NCBI GenBank assembly: GCA_036788695.1
Contig: DAIQMY010000003.1
Location: 6,682 to 70,681, forward strand
Direction of reading: 5' to 3'
Source of the DNA: Candidatus Levyibacteriota bacterium
GTDB lineage: Bacteria > Patescibacteriota > Microgenomatia > Levybacterales > GWA1-39-11
Length of the DNA: 64,000 bases
Shown: positions 37,538 through 45,864 of the stretch, in pieces
Numbering within the stretch: the stretch's first letter is position 1
How the letters are laid out: each line of letters begins with the position of its first letter
The notes under the pieces: model-generated
Databases searched by the model: none
What the model was told of the DNA's origin: nothing
What the model saw: the letters and a program-made list of their open reading frames with translations, nothing else
Made by a program: the position numbers and the translations under genes

Positions 37538-38071
37538 ATGAAAGAGATAGTACCTCCTGGTATGCACGTTATAAAAAAAGATGCATTTGTAGTGCCTCAC
37601 AGTCCATTTGATCCCTCATACACGTTTGGTGAAGTTCCCCATAGAAGTAATTTTATACCTGCTGTTATTAGTACATTTGGTTACTCCAGAGGTTTTACTG
37701 ATGCGCAGGTGGCATGCTTCCAGTTTTTAGAGGAATATACAGGTTTTCACTACAAACAATCAATTGAGAATTATTTAATTGCCGGTGGTTTTAATAGTTT
37801 GCGCATAGAAGAACAGGCTATGGTCATTAAAACGGTAAGAGGGGTGAGAGGTGCACGCGGACATAAAAGTGAATTGACGCAGGCACAGCCAGAAGAAATA
37901 GGTGAAGGATTTGATAGGTATTTAATAAGGGCTATGGAAGAACAAAATCCATATTTGGAGGCTATTACAAAGGGTGAAAGATTAAAGCCACGTGCTTTTT
38001 TAGATAAGTTGAAGGAGCACGTTACCCAAGAGGAACATGAGATTTATAAAGATGCATTGATGCTTGAGTAA
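37538..38071 (+). CDS. hypothetical protein co-transcribed with era
   Basis: 177-aa ORF starting 4 nt after the era stop; no motif recognised; not RecO-like despite the position. Confidence 0.45.
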   Translation: MKEIVPPGMHVIKKDAFVVPHSPFDPSYTFGEVPHRSNFIPAVISTFGYSRGFTDAQVACFQFLEEYTGFHYKQSIENYLIAGGFNSLRIEEQAMVIKTVRGVRGARGHKSELTQAQPEEIGEGFDRYLIRAMEEQNPYLEAITKGERLKPRAFLDKLKEHVTQEEHEIYKDALMLE

Positions 38072-38080
38072 ATTCCCTAC

Positions 38081-38599
38081 TTGATTTTGCTCCTTATTAT
38101 CCCGTATATTAAATACCTGATGCAAGACGATACAAACCTTATAAAATCAGTAGATGCAGACGCGATTGACGGAGAAGTAATAGAAAACGCTTCACTATCA
38201 GATTCGCCATCTACAGCAGATAATGCTGCAACAGTTTCCCTGAGTCTTGAGAGCTTGATTAAGGGGCATTTAAATACACTTATAAAGCTTAAAAATCAGA
38301 TTGCTGAGCAGACGGATATGTTAAACAATGTTTTGGAGAATGACCCAACATATAAACAACACTCAGAAGATGCAAAAAAAGCAACCAAAGTAAAAACCGC
38401 CACAAAGTCAGAGATTATGAAACGTCCGGATGTTATGCAAGTTAACAACAAAATTAAAGCAGCACGCGAAGAGCAAAAAGAACAACAGCAGACCTTGTCA
38501 GAACTTCTTGCTGAATACCAAAGAACAACTGGGCTTGATTCTATAGAGACAGAAGAAGGGAAAATTAGGAAAATTATTACAACGGCACGTCTTGGATAG
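38081..38599 (+). CDS. hypothetical coiled-coil protein
   Basis: 172-aa ORF; the start may be the internal Met at 38120 (MQDDTNL...); acidic N-terminus then helical K/E/Q-rich region. Confidence 0.4.
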   Translation: MILLLIIPYIKYLMQDDTNLIKSVDADAIDGEVIENASLSDSPSTADNAATVSLSLESLIKGHLNTLIKLKNQIAEQTDMLNNVLENDPTYKQHSEDAKKATKVKTATKSEIMKRPDVMQVNNKIKAAREEQKEQQQTLSELLAEYQRTTGLDSIETEEGKIRKIITTARLG

Positions 38600-38667
38600 G
38601 ATATACTTTCACCTCTTTCTTTGCTCCCATACTTGATACTTTTTACTTACTGCCGTATACTTTATTC

Positions 38668-38934
38668 ATGAGTTTACAGGAGGTTTTTTATATTGTAGGA
38701 CTGGTTTATATGAGTTTGGGCATTGTCCTTCTCATAGCGCTTGTGATCGTTGCGTTTTATATCAAGGGTAGAATTGACGCGATACATAAGACATTTGACC
38801 AGAAATTGCATATTATTGAGAAACTTGCTTCTCGTCCGGCAGAATCCGCAGCTGATTTTGGTGCTAGTCTCGCGGAAGCTGCAATTGATCGGGTAAAGTC
38901 AGCATTTGAAGGAAACAAGAAAAAGAAATCTTAA
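38668..38934 (+). CDS. small single-pass membrane protein
   Basis: 88 aa; one TM (FYIVGLVYMSLGIVLLIALVIVAFYI) then an amphipathic tail. Confidence 0.4.
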   Translation: MSLQEVFYIVGLVYMSLGIVLLIALVIVAFYIKGRIDAIHKTFDQKLHIIEKLASRPAESAADFGASLAEAAIDRVKSAFEGNKKKKS

Positions 38935-38972
38935 TTGAGTATAGATACTCTCTGAGAAAAGGTTTTAGAGAT

Positions 38973-39266
38973 TTAATCTCTCTCCTGCAAGAAGTCAAGG
39001 TTTTTATCATGATTTTTAAATTGCTTTTCTTCTCCACACCCATTACATTTACCCATTGATGTTTCACCATTTGGCTCATCAATTCTCCATTTGTGAGCAT
39101 GTTCATTAGGCGTACTCTTAGACGGTTTCATTTTCTCTTCCGGATGGGTTTTGGCAGTAAGTTTCCTTAGGAGAAGATCATCCATTTTTTTCCACGTACG
39201 CTGATTAGGTGGGATTGGTGTTTTATTTTGATTTTGAATGGGCTTTTCTTTGGACATAGAGCGCAT
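38973..39266 (-). CDS. small basic protein with His/CxxC knuckle
   Basis: 97 aa; HAHKW ... CNGCGEEK could coordinate a metal; no family. Confidence 0.35.
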   Translation of the reverse strand: MRSMSKEKPIQNQNKTPIPPNQRTWKKMDDLLLRKLTAKTHPEEKMKPSKSTPNEHAHKWRIDEPNGETSMGKCNGCGEEKQFKNHDKNLDFLQERD

Positions 39267-39316
39267 TATAAGATGAATTTAACCAGATTTCAATATTATG
39301 AAAGGTTTGTATTCCT

Positions 39317-40018
39317 TTACTGCAAGGTTATATGAAGTCGTGCCTGGTCTATGGTGGCAGGAGAATTAAGCTGTGTTTGTATTTGAATTTGGTAAAGCTT
39401 ATTTCCTGCAGGAAGTGTTAACGGACCAGATATGAGTAATTGTGGAGATCCTCCCTGGGTTGTAACTTGGGAATTTGGTATAACATATCCATCTGTCGCG
39501 TCATATAGCTGAACAGATGAAATTCCATTACTCGCAATAGATACCTCCAAAACTACGCTTGCAACATTCGTATAATTACTAATATTCATATATGCTTGAA
39601 GGGCAGATAGCGTTGAGAAGTTGCCTTGAGATGCACCCGTTGCGGCACCAAAAGGTACAAAATACTCATTGGAGCCAGAGGATACTTGTTGTGTAGTTGT
39701 GTTGGTAACGTTTTGTGTCAGCTTAAGCGATGAGGTTGCAGTTTTTATAGCTGTAAGACAGGTATTGGGGCACACATCTGCGGCTCCTATTTGCTGCTGT
39801 AGTGTGGTTTGTGTACCGTTTTGTGCTGAATTAGCAGTGCCAGATGTGGGTGTTCCCCCTACGGTGATATTTTGGACAATTGGGCGAGGTTTTCCAAAAA
39901 AGGTGAAGTAATTGAGTATTAATACGTTTAAAAAAAGAATACCTACAAGAATGTAAATTAAATTTTCCCAAGCAGTATAAAAAAAGTTTCTCACACAATA
40001 ATCATAACTGGATTGCAT
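39317..40018 (-). CDS. membrane-anchored Thr/Ser/Gln-rich surface protein
   Basis: 233 aa; N-terminal TM (LIYILVGILFLNVLILNYFTFF) then low-complexity T/S/Q-rich beta-rich region. Confidence 0.45.
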   Translation of the reverse strand: MQSSYDYCVRNFFYTAWENLIYILVGILFLNVLILNYFTFFGKPRPIVQNITVGGTPTSGTANSAQNGTQTTLQQQIGAADVCPNTCLTAIKTATSSLKLTQNVTNTTTQQVSSGSNEYFVPFGAATGASQGNFSTLSALQAYMNISNYTNVASVVLEVSIASNGISSVQLYDATDGYVIPNSQVTTQGGSPQLLISGPLTLPAGNKLYQIQIQTQLNSPATIDQARLHITLQ

Positions 40019-40087
40019 AAGTTCTTCAATATCAGAATGTTATGTCCACAAATATAAGCCTGTGATTTGCTATAATCTTTTTTTATT

Positions 40088-40780
40088 ATGGCAAAACATG
40101 AATTTTTAAAAAAATATGAGGCATATCCGCTTCCCAGATTAGATTCTGGTAATTTAGATAATTTATACGGTGTACCTGACAAGAATGTAATAATTCGTTC
40201 CAAAAGAGGATTTACAAATCAAGAATTCCAGAGGGCAAAAAACCTATACGCGGAATTGAATAAAGACTATGGAATTTCCACACCGCTTCTCAAGGTTCTT
40301 TCCCCGGGAGTGGACGGAAGGGCAGTTGTAGCAGTTCAAAAAGTTCAAGGAATACTTCTTGAAGATGCTGTTGGGGAAGGAAATGATACGCTTATGCCAT
40401 CTGTTGAAGGACTTTGTAATGGACTTATGAAATACGTTTTAGATAAATTTGAAAGAGGAGGAGAGTACTTGTCAGATATTCGGTTAAGGCAGTTTATGTG
40501 GGGAAAGAGAAGAACAGATGAGCAGAATAAAGCTTATTTTGTGGATAAAGATCCTTTAGTTGGGACTTATGATCCTAGGCGACCTATGGATAATATGTTA
40601 TTTATTCAAAAGTTGCCGATAGATGTTGGAGAAATGATATTATTTTTTGAGGCAAAGTTTGGAAAAGGGAAAATTTCAGCAAGAAAAGAATTTCAATCAT
40701 TCACGCATAAACTCATGCAGGACACATACATAAGAGATTTTGCATCAAATCATCTACCGACATATACAAAATTTGCTTAA
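40088..40780 (+). CDS. hypothetical protein
   Basis: 230-aa ORF; no recognised motif; followed by a strong terminator. Confidence 0.5.
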   Translation: MAKHEFLKKYEAYPLPRLDSGNLDNLYGVPDKNVIIRSKRGFTNQEFQRAKNLYAELNKDYGISTPLLKVLSPGVDGRAVVAVQKVQGILLEDAVGEGNDTLMPSVEGLCNGLMKYVLDKFERGGEYLSDIRLRQFMWGKRRTDEQNKAYFVDKDPLVGTYDPRRPMDNMLFIQKLPIDVGEMILFFEAKFGKGKISARKEFQSFTHKLMQDTYIRDFASNHLPTYTKFA

Positions 40781-40830
40781 AAATTCAAGAAAAGGAAATT
40801 ACTCTCGGATTCTGTTATAATAGATACAAC

Positions 40831-40856
40831 CCCCGAACGTGTTGGGGGATTTTTTA
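40831..40856 (+). terminator. rho-independent terminator (CCCCCgAAC-gt-GTTGGGGG followed by ATTTTTTAATT)
   Basis: GC-rich hairpin plus T-tract about 50 nt after the stop of the 40088 gene; it lies inside the ORF-track N-terminus of typA, so the typA start must be downstream of it. Confidence 0.55.
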
Positions 40857-40859
40857 ATT

Positions 40860-42689
40860 ATGAATATCAGAAATGTTGCTATTATTGCTCACGTTGACCA
40901 CGGAAAAACTACATTGGTTGATTGTCTGTTGCGTCAGGCAAAGACTCATTTGGGGAAAGAGTTTGATGATACCTCGCACCTTATCATGGACTCGAATGAA
41001 TTAGAAAAAGAGCGCGGGATTACCATTTTTTCAAAAAATGCTTCTGTTGCATGGAAGGGTAACTCAGGTGAAGAATACAAAATAAATATTATAGATACCC
41101 CGGGTCACGCTGATTTTGGTGGAGAAGTGGAGCGGGTACTAACTATGGCTGATGGATGCTTGCTTCTAGTTGACGCAAAAGAAGGTCCCATGCCTCAAAC
41201 TCGTTTTGTGTTAAAGCAGGCGTTGAAGATGAAGCATAAGATAATAGTTGTTATTAATAAAATTGATAAGCCTGACGCAAGAATTAATCATGTTATTAAT
41301 AAAACATTTGATTTGTTTATAGAATTAGGAGCAGATGACGCAACCGCAGAGTTTCCCATAGTATATGCATCAGCTAAAAACGGACTTGCAGGACTTGAAC
41401 CAGTACTGTCAGACATGAAAGATATTACTCCCGTTTTTGACGCAATTTTAAAAGAAATTCCGGAACCTAAAGTAGACCCTGAGGCGCATCTTCAAATGTT
41501 AGTAACCACTCTCGCCGCAGATACACACAAAGGACGAATTGCAATTGGGCGCATTTTAAACGGAAAAATAACAGCAGGACAAGAGATTATGCACATAAAC
41601 CGAGATGGGGTACAGAAGAAAGTACGTCTAACATCTCTTATGACCTTTGAGGGGCTAGGGAAAATTGATGCTACAGAGGCTCAAGCAGGTGATATTGTGG
41701 CTATAACTGGAATACTAGATGTTAACATTGGTGAAACTATTGCAGATGTAAATAACCCTATCGCACTCCCTGTCACAAAGATTGAAGAACCAACCGTTCG
41801 TATGACTTTCTCAGTCAATGGATCACCTTTTGCAGGGAAAGAAGGAGAATTTAAGACCTCTCGTCAAATAGAAGAACGTATATATAAAGAACTTGAGACT
41901 GATATGGCTCTAAGAATTGAGAGCAATCCCACAGGCGGATGGTTAGTCTCTGGTCGTGGAGAGTTGCATTTGGCAATTTTTATTGAACGTTTGAGGCGCG
42001 AAGGATATGAATTTCAAGTATCTCGCCCGCAGGTTATTAACAAAAAGGTAGATGGCAAGACGATGACCCCTTATGAGCAGGTATTTATTGAGGTTCCAGA
42101 AGAATATTCAGGATCAGTTATGCAGAAAATGGGGATACGACATGGGCAGATGGTAGAAATGAATATAGATAATGGAATTGTTATGTATGAATTCATTATG
42201 GCTACAAAAGACCTTTTTGGATATAGGTCAGAATTTTTAACTGATACTCGAGGTCTTGGAATTATAAACACCATCTTTTTGGATTACCAAGAGGACAAGG
42301 GAGATACAATTCCACGAGAACGTGGATCTTTAGTTGCCTTTGAATCAGGTCCAACTACTCATTACGGACTGGTAAATGCACAAGACCGTGGAGTTTTGTT
42401 TATTGGAGCTGCAACCCCAGTTTATAAAGGACAAGTTATTGGACAAAATTCAAGACCAGAAGATATGAGAATAAACGTGTGCAAGATTAAACAGCAATCA
42501 AATATGCGCTCCAAAGGTGAAGGAGTTTCTGCGCATGCTGATACGCCCAAAACTATGAGCTTGGAAGACGCACTAGAATATATTGATGACACAGAGCTTG
42601 TAGAGGTTACCCCTCAAAATATAAGAATTCGCAAGAAAATTTTAGACGAAAATGAAGAACGCCGAATGCGCGCCCAGGGGAAAATATAA
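40860..42689 (+). CDS. typA: translational GTPase TypA/BipA
   Basis: MNIRNVAIIAHVDHGKTTLVD (G1), DTPGHADFGGEVER (G3), INKIDK (G4), EF-G-like domains II-V and the BipA-specific C-terminal domain; start set at the Met after the terminator. Confidence 0.9.
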   Translation: MNIRNVAIIAHVDHGKTTLVDCLLRQAKTHLGKEFDDTSHLIMDSNELEKERGITIFSKNASVAWKGNSGEEYKINIIDTPGHADFGGEVERVLTMADGCLLLVDAKEGPMPQTRFVLKQALKMKHKIIVVINKIDKPDARINHVINKTFDLFIELGADDATAEFPIVYASAKNGLAGLEPVLSDMKDITPVFDAILKEIPEPKVDPEAHLQMLVTTLAADTHKGRIAIGRILNGKITAGQEIMHINRDGVQKKVRLTSLMTFEGLGKIDATEAQAGDIVAITGILDVNIGETIADVNNPIALPVTKIEEPTVRMTFSVNGSPFAGKEGEFKTSRQIEERIYKELETDMALRIESNPTGGWLVSGRGELHLAIFIERLRREGYEFQVSRPQVINKKVDGKTMTPYEQVFIEVPEEYSGSVMQKMGIRHGQMVEMNIDNGIVMYEFIMATKDLFGYRSEFLTDTRGLGIINTIFLDYQEDKGDTIPRERGSLVAFESGPTTHYGLVNAQDRGVLFIGAATPVYKGQVIGQNSRPEDMRINVCKIKQQSNMRSKGEGVSAHADTPKTMSLEDALEYIDDTELVEVTPQNIRIRKKILDENEERRMRAQGKI

Positions 42690-42695
42690 ATGAGT

Positions 42696-45107
42696 CTATT
42701 TACTGGAATGAGAAGTGGTACGATCATTTAGTTGCCTTCCTAGCTCTTTTTCTACAATTGCAGCAATTTCTTCTGCGTCCTTTTTGCTCACATTATCTTT
42801 TCCAATTTTTCTTATAACTCCTAGAGTTATGGCTTCTACTCGAGTTAAAGATGGGTTACTATCTTTTCCTCTCTCAGGTTTCACAAGTTTTTTATCATCT
42901 ACCATAGAGCGAATAGCTACGATATGAATATTAAAATGATTTGAGAGTTGAAGAAGTGTAAATCTTTCCATTTTAGCTTCAAGTGCCTTAGTTGTTTGTT
43001 CACGTATTTTATCACCTATACCATCAAATCTATCTTCAAGGCTTCCTCTTTTCCTGCGCGGTTCAGCAGTGATTCTTTTTTGTATATCCTGTATTCCAGT
43101 TGATACATTATCCGTTTCCTTCTCAAGATTTACTGTTTGTTCTTGTACATCTTGCTCTTCAGGTTTTGATTTGAGGCTAACAATATTTTCTTCCATTGTG
43201 CGATCATCATCAGGTAATGAATTGCTCAATTGATTACCATCTGCTTCAGTGATAGGTAGTCTTTCAGAGGGATTCTCTGTTGTGATGGTTGCCTGAGGCA
43301 GCATACCCAAAGCAGAACGGATATGGTTCATGCCGCTTGCAAAAATATGAGTGGAATCGTCTTCCTCTTTACCAAGTAAAGAAAATGCACTCCATATCTC
43401 TTGTTCTTCATTTGATATCTGTTCTCCCCGTTCGATCTTTAAACCTATGGGTCCTAGGATAGAAGCTGTTTGTTTTAGAACTTCCCTTTGACTTAGTCCA
43501 AATGAACTTAATAGTTCATCAATGCTTTTCTCATTGGCTATTGTCTTCAAAAAAATGGAAAGTATATCTGCAAATGAATTTGGTTTATTTATTGCATCAT
43601 TAAAATCTTTTATTTCTCCTGCGGGTAGGGTATGCATTTGTTCATGACCTAAAATTATATTTTCAGGTATTGAAGCCTCTGGGTTAGGTGATATGCTTTG
43701 CATATTTTCTAGGTGGCGGTGTGCTCGTAAAAGCAGAGCAGCAATGTATCCCTTTAATCTTCCCTCAGTTGATCTTCCAAGTTTTACTCCTATTTCCTCA
43801 ACAGTTACGCTCGGATTTTCCTGCAACATCTTTATTACTACGCTTATATACTCACCTGGTTTTATTGAATGTTTTTCTGCAGGTTCTGATATTGTAGGCT
43901 CTATTAAAAATGAATTTTCAATGCCTTTCATGAATTCACGTGCCCATGTAGTTACACTTATTGCTCCTCTCTTTTTTAAACCTAATCTAGAAGCAAGTTC
44001 TTCAGCTGTGGTTTCTGGATTTGCTTCCAGTATGCTGATTGTTTTGGCTACGTTTGGTGTTACATTAGGTATTTCATGCCCTTTATAGAGTACTGTGGTG
44101 CGTTGAATAGGTCGGGTTGCGTCAGGCACATTATCCATAGCAGCATCTATAGGCTTTTTACCATATGAGGTGAGTCCAGCTCTAATCTCATCTAATTTAT
44201 GTGTTGAATGTATGTTTATCTCAAATCCATTAAGTAGTCTTTGTTTTGCAATATTAGGAATTAATTCATTTTCTTCATTTGCTAAATCAAAAATATAGGA
44301 TTTTTGAGAGCGGATAAATTCAATCACTTTTTGGAAATCTTCACCATTTATATTTAAAATCTTTTGGAAATCTTCCGGAGTAACAGATATCATTTGTTTT
44401 ACCTTATCAAGGGCTTGTGTGTGAAGTTCTGATACGTTTTCTTCCATTATTTTTTCATCAACTGGAACCGGAATATCTATGATATTTTGGCATGCTTCAA
44501 GGATTTCTCTAGGAAGGTTATACCGCATGGAGTCTTCTCCAAACTTGAGAACAGAGCCGTTAAGCTGTTTTAATACATAAGTTACTCGAAAAATTTCTCT
44601 TTTGGATAGAATATAAGGGCTTGTAGATTCTGCCTCTTTTTTTTCTGGTTCAGGTATCTTTTCTTGTGGAGCATCCTTAATTTCATCTTGAGGTGAGGAT
44701 ATTGAAATATCAAATGGTACTCCATATTCCGCACTAAACTTGTTTTTCATAAGTGCAATGCGAGTGTCAGGAGCTCCTGCTTCAATAAGTTTTTGGATTT
44801 GTGTTCTAATCCTTCCTTGCTCTTCGGCTTTGAGTACTTCTGCTTGTTCTTCTCTGGCAAATTCATCCTGAAGTATTTTGACTTTATCTAAGGCATTTGG
44901 AATTTGAATGGTACCAAAAGAGTTAGAAAGTTTAATTTGGTTTTCGGTACCTTTTATGAATTCCACCAGAGGAGAGTTTGGATTTGCAGTATATTTTGGG
45001 CTTTTCCCTAAATATTCTCCAGCATCAATTTGGCTTTTTATATCTTGCATTTGACCAAGGCTTTTTTCAAGCCTCTGGATTTTAATTTTAACTCTTTCTG
45101 AACCCAT
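42696..45107 (-). CDS. large acidic hypothetical protein
   Basis: 803-aa ORF, Glu/Asp/Lys-rich with no TM; no recognised catalytic motif. Confidence 0.55.
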   Translation of the reverse strand: MGSERVKIKIQRLEKSLGQMQDIKSQIDAGEYLGKSPKYTANPNSPLVEFIKGTENQIKLSNSFGTIQIPNALDKVKILQDEFAREEQAEVLKAEEQGRIRTQIQKLIEAGAPDTRIALMKNKFSAEYGVPFDISISSPQDEIKDAPQEKIPEPEKKEAESTSPYILSKREIFRVTYVLKQLNGSVLKFGEDSMRYNLPREILEACQNIIDIPVPVDEKIMEENVSELHTQALDKVKQMISVTPEDFQKILNINGEDFQKVIEFIRSQKSYIFDLANEENELIPNIAKQRLLNGFEINIHSTHKLDEIRAGLTSYGKKPIDAAMDNVPDATRPIQRTTVLYKGHEIPNVTPNVAKTISILEANPETTAEELASRLGLKKRGAISVTTWAREFMKGIENSFLIEPTISEPAEKHSIKPGEYISVVIKMLQENPSVTVEEIGVKLGRSTEGRLKGYIAALLLRAHRHLENMQSISPNPEASIPENIILGHEQMHTLPAGEIKDFNDAINKPNSFADILSIFLKTIANEKSIDELLSSFGLSQREVLKQTASILGPIGLKIERGEQISNEEQEIWSAFSLLGKEEDDSTHIFASGMNHIRSALGMLPQATITTENPSERLPITEADGNQLSNSLPDDDRTMEENIVSLKSKPEEQDVQEQTVNLEKETDNVSTGIQDIQKRITAEPRRKRGSLEDRFDGIGDKIREQTTKALEAKMERFTLLQLSNHFNIHIVAIRSMVDDKKLVKPERGKDSNPSLTRVEAITLGVIRKIGKDNVSKKDAEEIAAIVEKELGRQLNDRTTSHSSK

Positions 45108-45232
45108 AAGAATCTTATAGTATACATAAGGCAGAATAAAAAGTCAAGTTTGAGCGTCATTTTCCGCAAAAATTTAGGTATTTCCAGAATAAAATATGAA
45201 AGTGAATCGTTTGTCTTGTATATTTTCCCACC

Positions 45233-45264
45233 AAAAAACCCCTCGTTTTAACTTGGGGTTTTTT
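45233..45264 (-). terminator. rho-independent terminator downstream of the RRM gene (AAAAAACCCC-loop-GGGGTTTTTT, symmetric)
   Basis: CCCC/GGGG stem with a 12-nt loop flanked by A6 and T6 runs, 66 nt after the RRM gene stop on the minus strand; the symmetry would allow bidirectional function. Confidence 0.55.
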
Positions 45265-45329
45265 GTAATTATCAGTCCCAAACTTAGTTCGGGAAGCATT
45301 TTCCTGAAGCAAGTTCAGGATGATAATAA

Positions 45330-45677
45330 TTAACGGTCGTGACCGTATCCACCACGGTTTCCACCACGGTCTCCGCCTCCTCTGAAGTCACGGCCACCGC
45401 CGTTTCCTCCAAAGTCGCGTCTAGGTCTATCCTCTTTTGGACGTGCAACTGAAACTACAATATTACGTCCGCTAAAGTCTGCTCCGTTAGCTTTTTCGAT
45501 GGCTGTTTGTGCAGCTGCATCGTCTTCCATTTCAACAAATCCAAAACCCTTGGATCTTCCGGAGAATTTATCCATGATAATATCAGCAGATAAAACTTTT
45601 CCGTATTGGCCAAAGTGATCCTGAAGCATTTGGTTTGTTGTATTATATGGAAGATTTCCAACATATAATTTTGTCAT
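45330..45677 (-). CDS. RRM-type RNA-binding protein with Gly/Arg-rich tail
   Basis: RNP2 LYVGNL and RNP1 KGFGFVEM motifs; C-terminal RGG/GGN repeats. Confidence 0.85.
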   Translation of the reverse strand: MTKLYVGNLPYNTTNQMLQDHFGQYGKVLSADIIMDKFSGRSKGFGFVEMEDDAAAQTAIEKANGADFSGRNIVVSVARPKEDRPRRDFGGNGGGRDFRGGGDRGGNRGGYGHDR

Positions 45678-45864
45678 AGTATGTATTCACCACCTTTCTG
45701 TATGGAGATTATATCTGTAATAAAAATTCGTGCGTACATGAAAAAAGAAATTGCTCGTGGAAAGGAAGAATCGCGAAGATAAACTACGGTCGCCTTACAC
45801 AACTTGCACTTCATATGGAGTATACCATATAGAGCTAAAAAGGGCAAATGAATAGCTGTAAACA

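Noticed and set aside
40839-40859. ORF-track start of typA at 40839
   Set aside because: Those codons are the terminator hairpin of the upstream gene; the conserved TypA N-terminus begins at the Met at 40860
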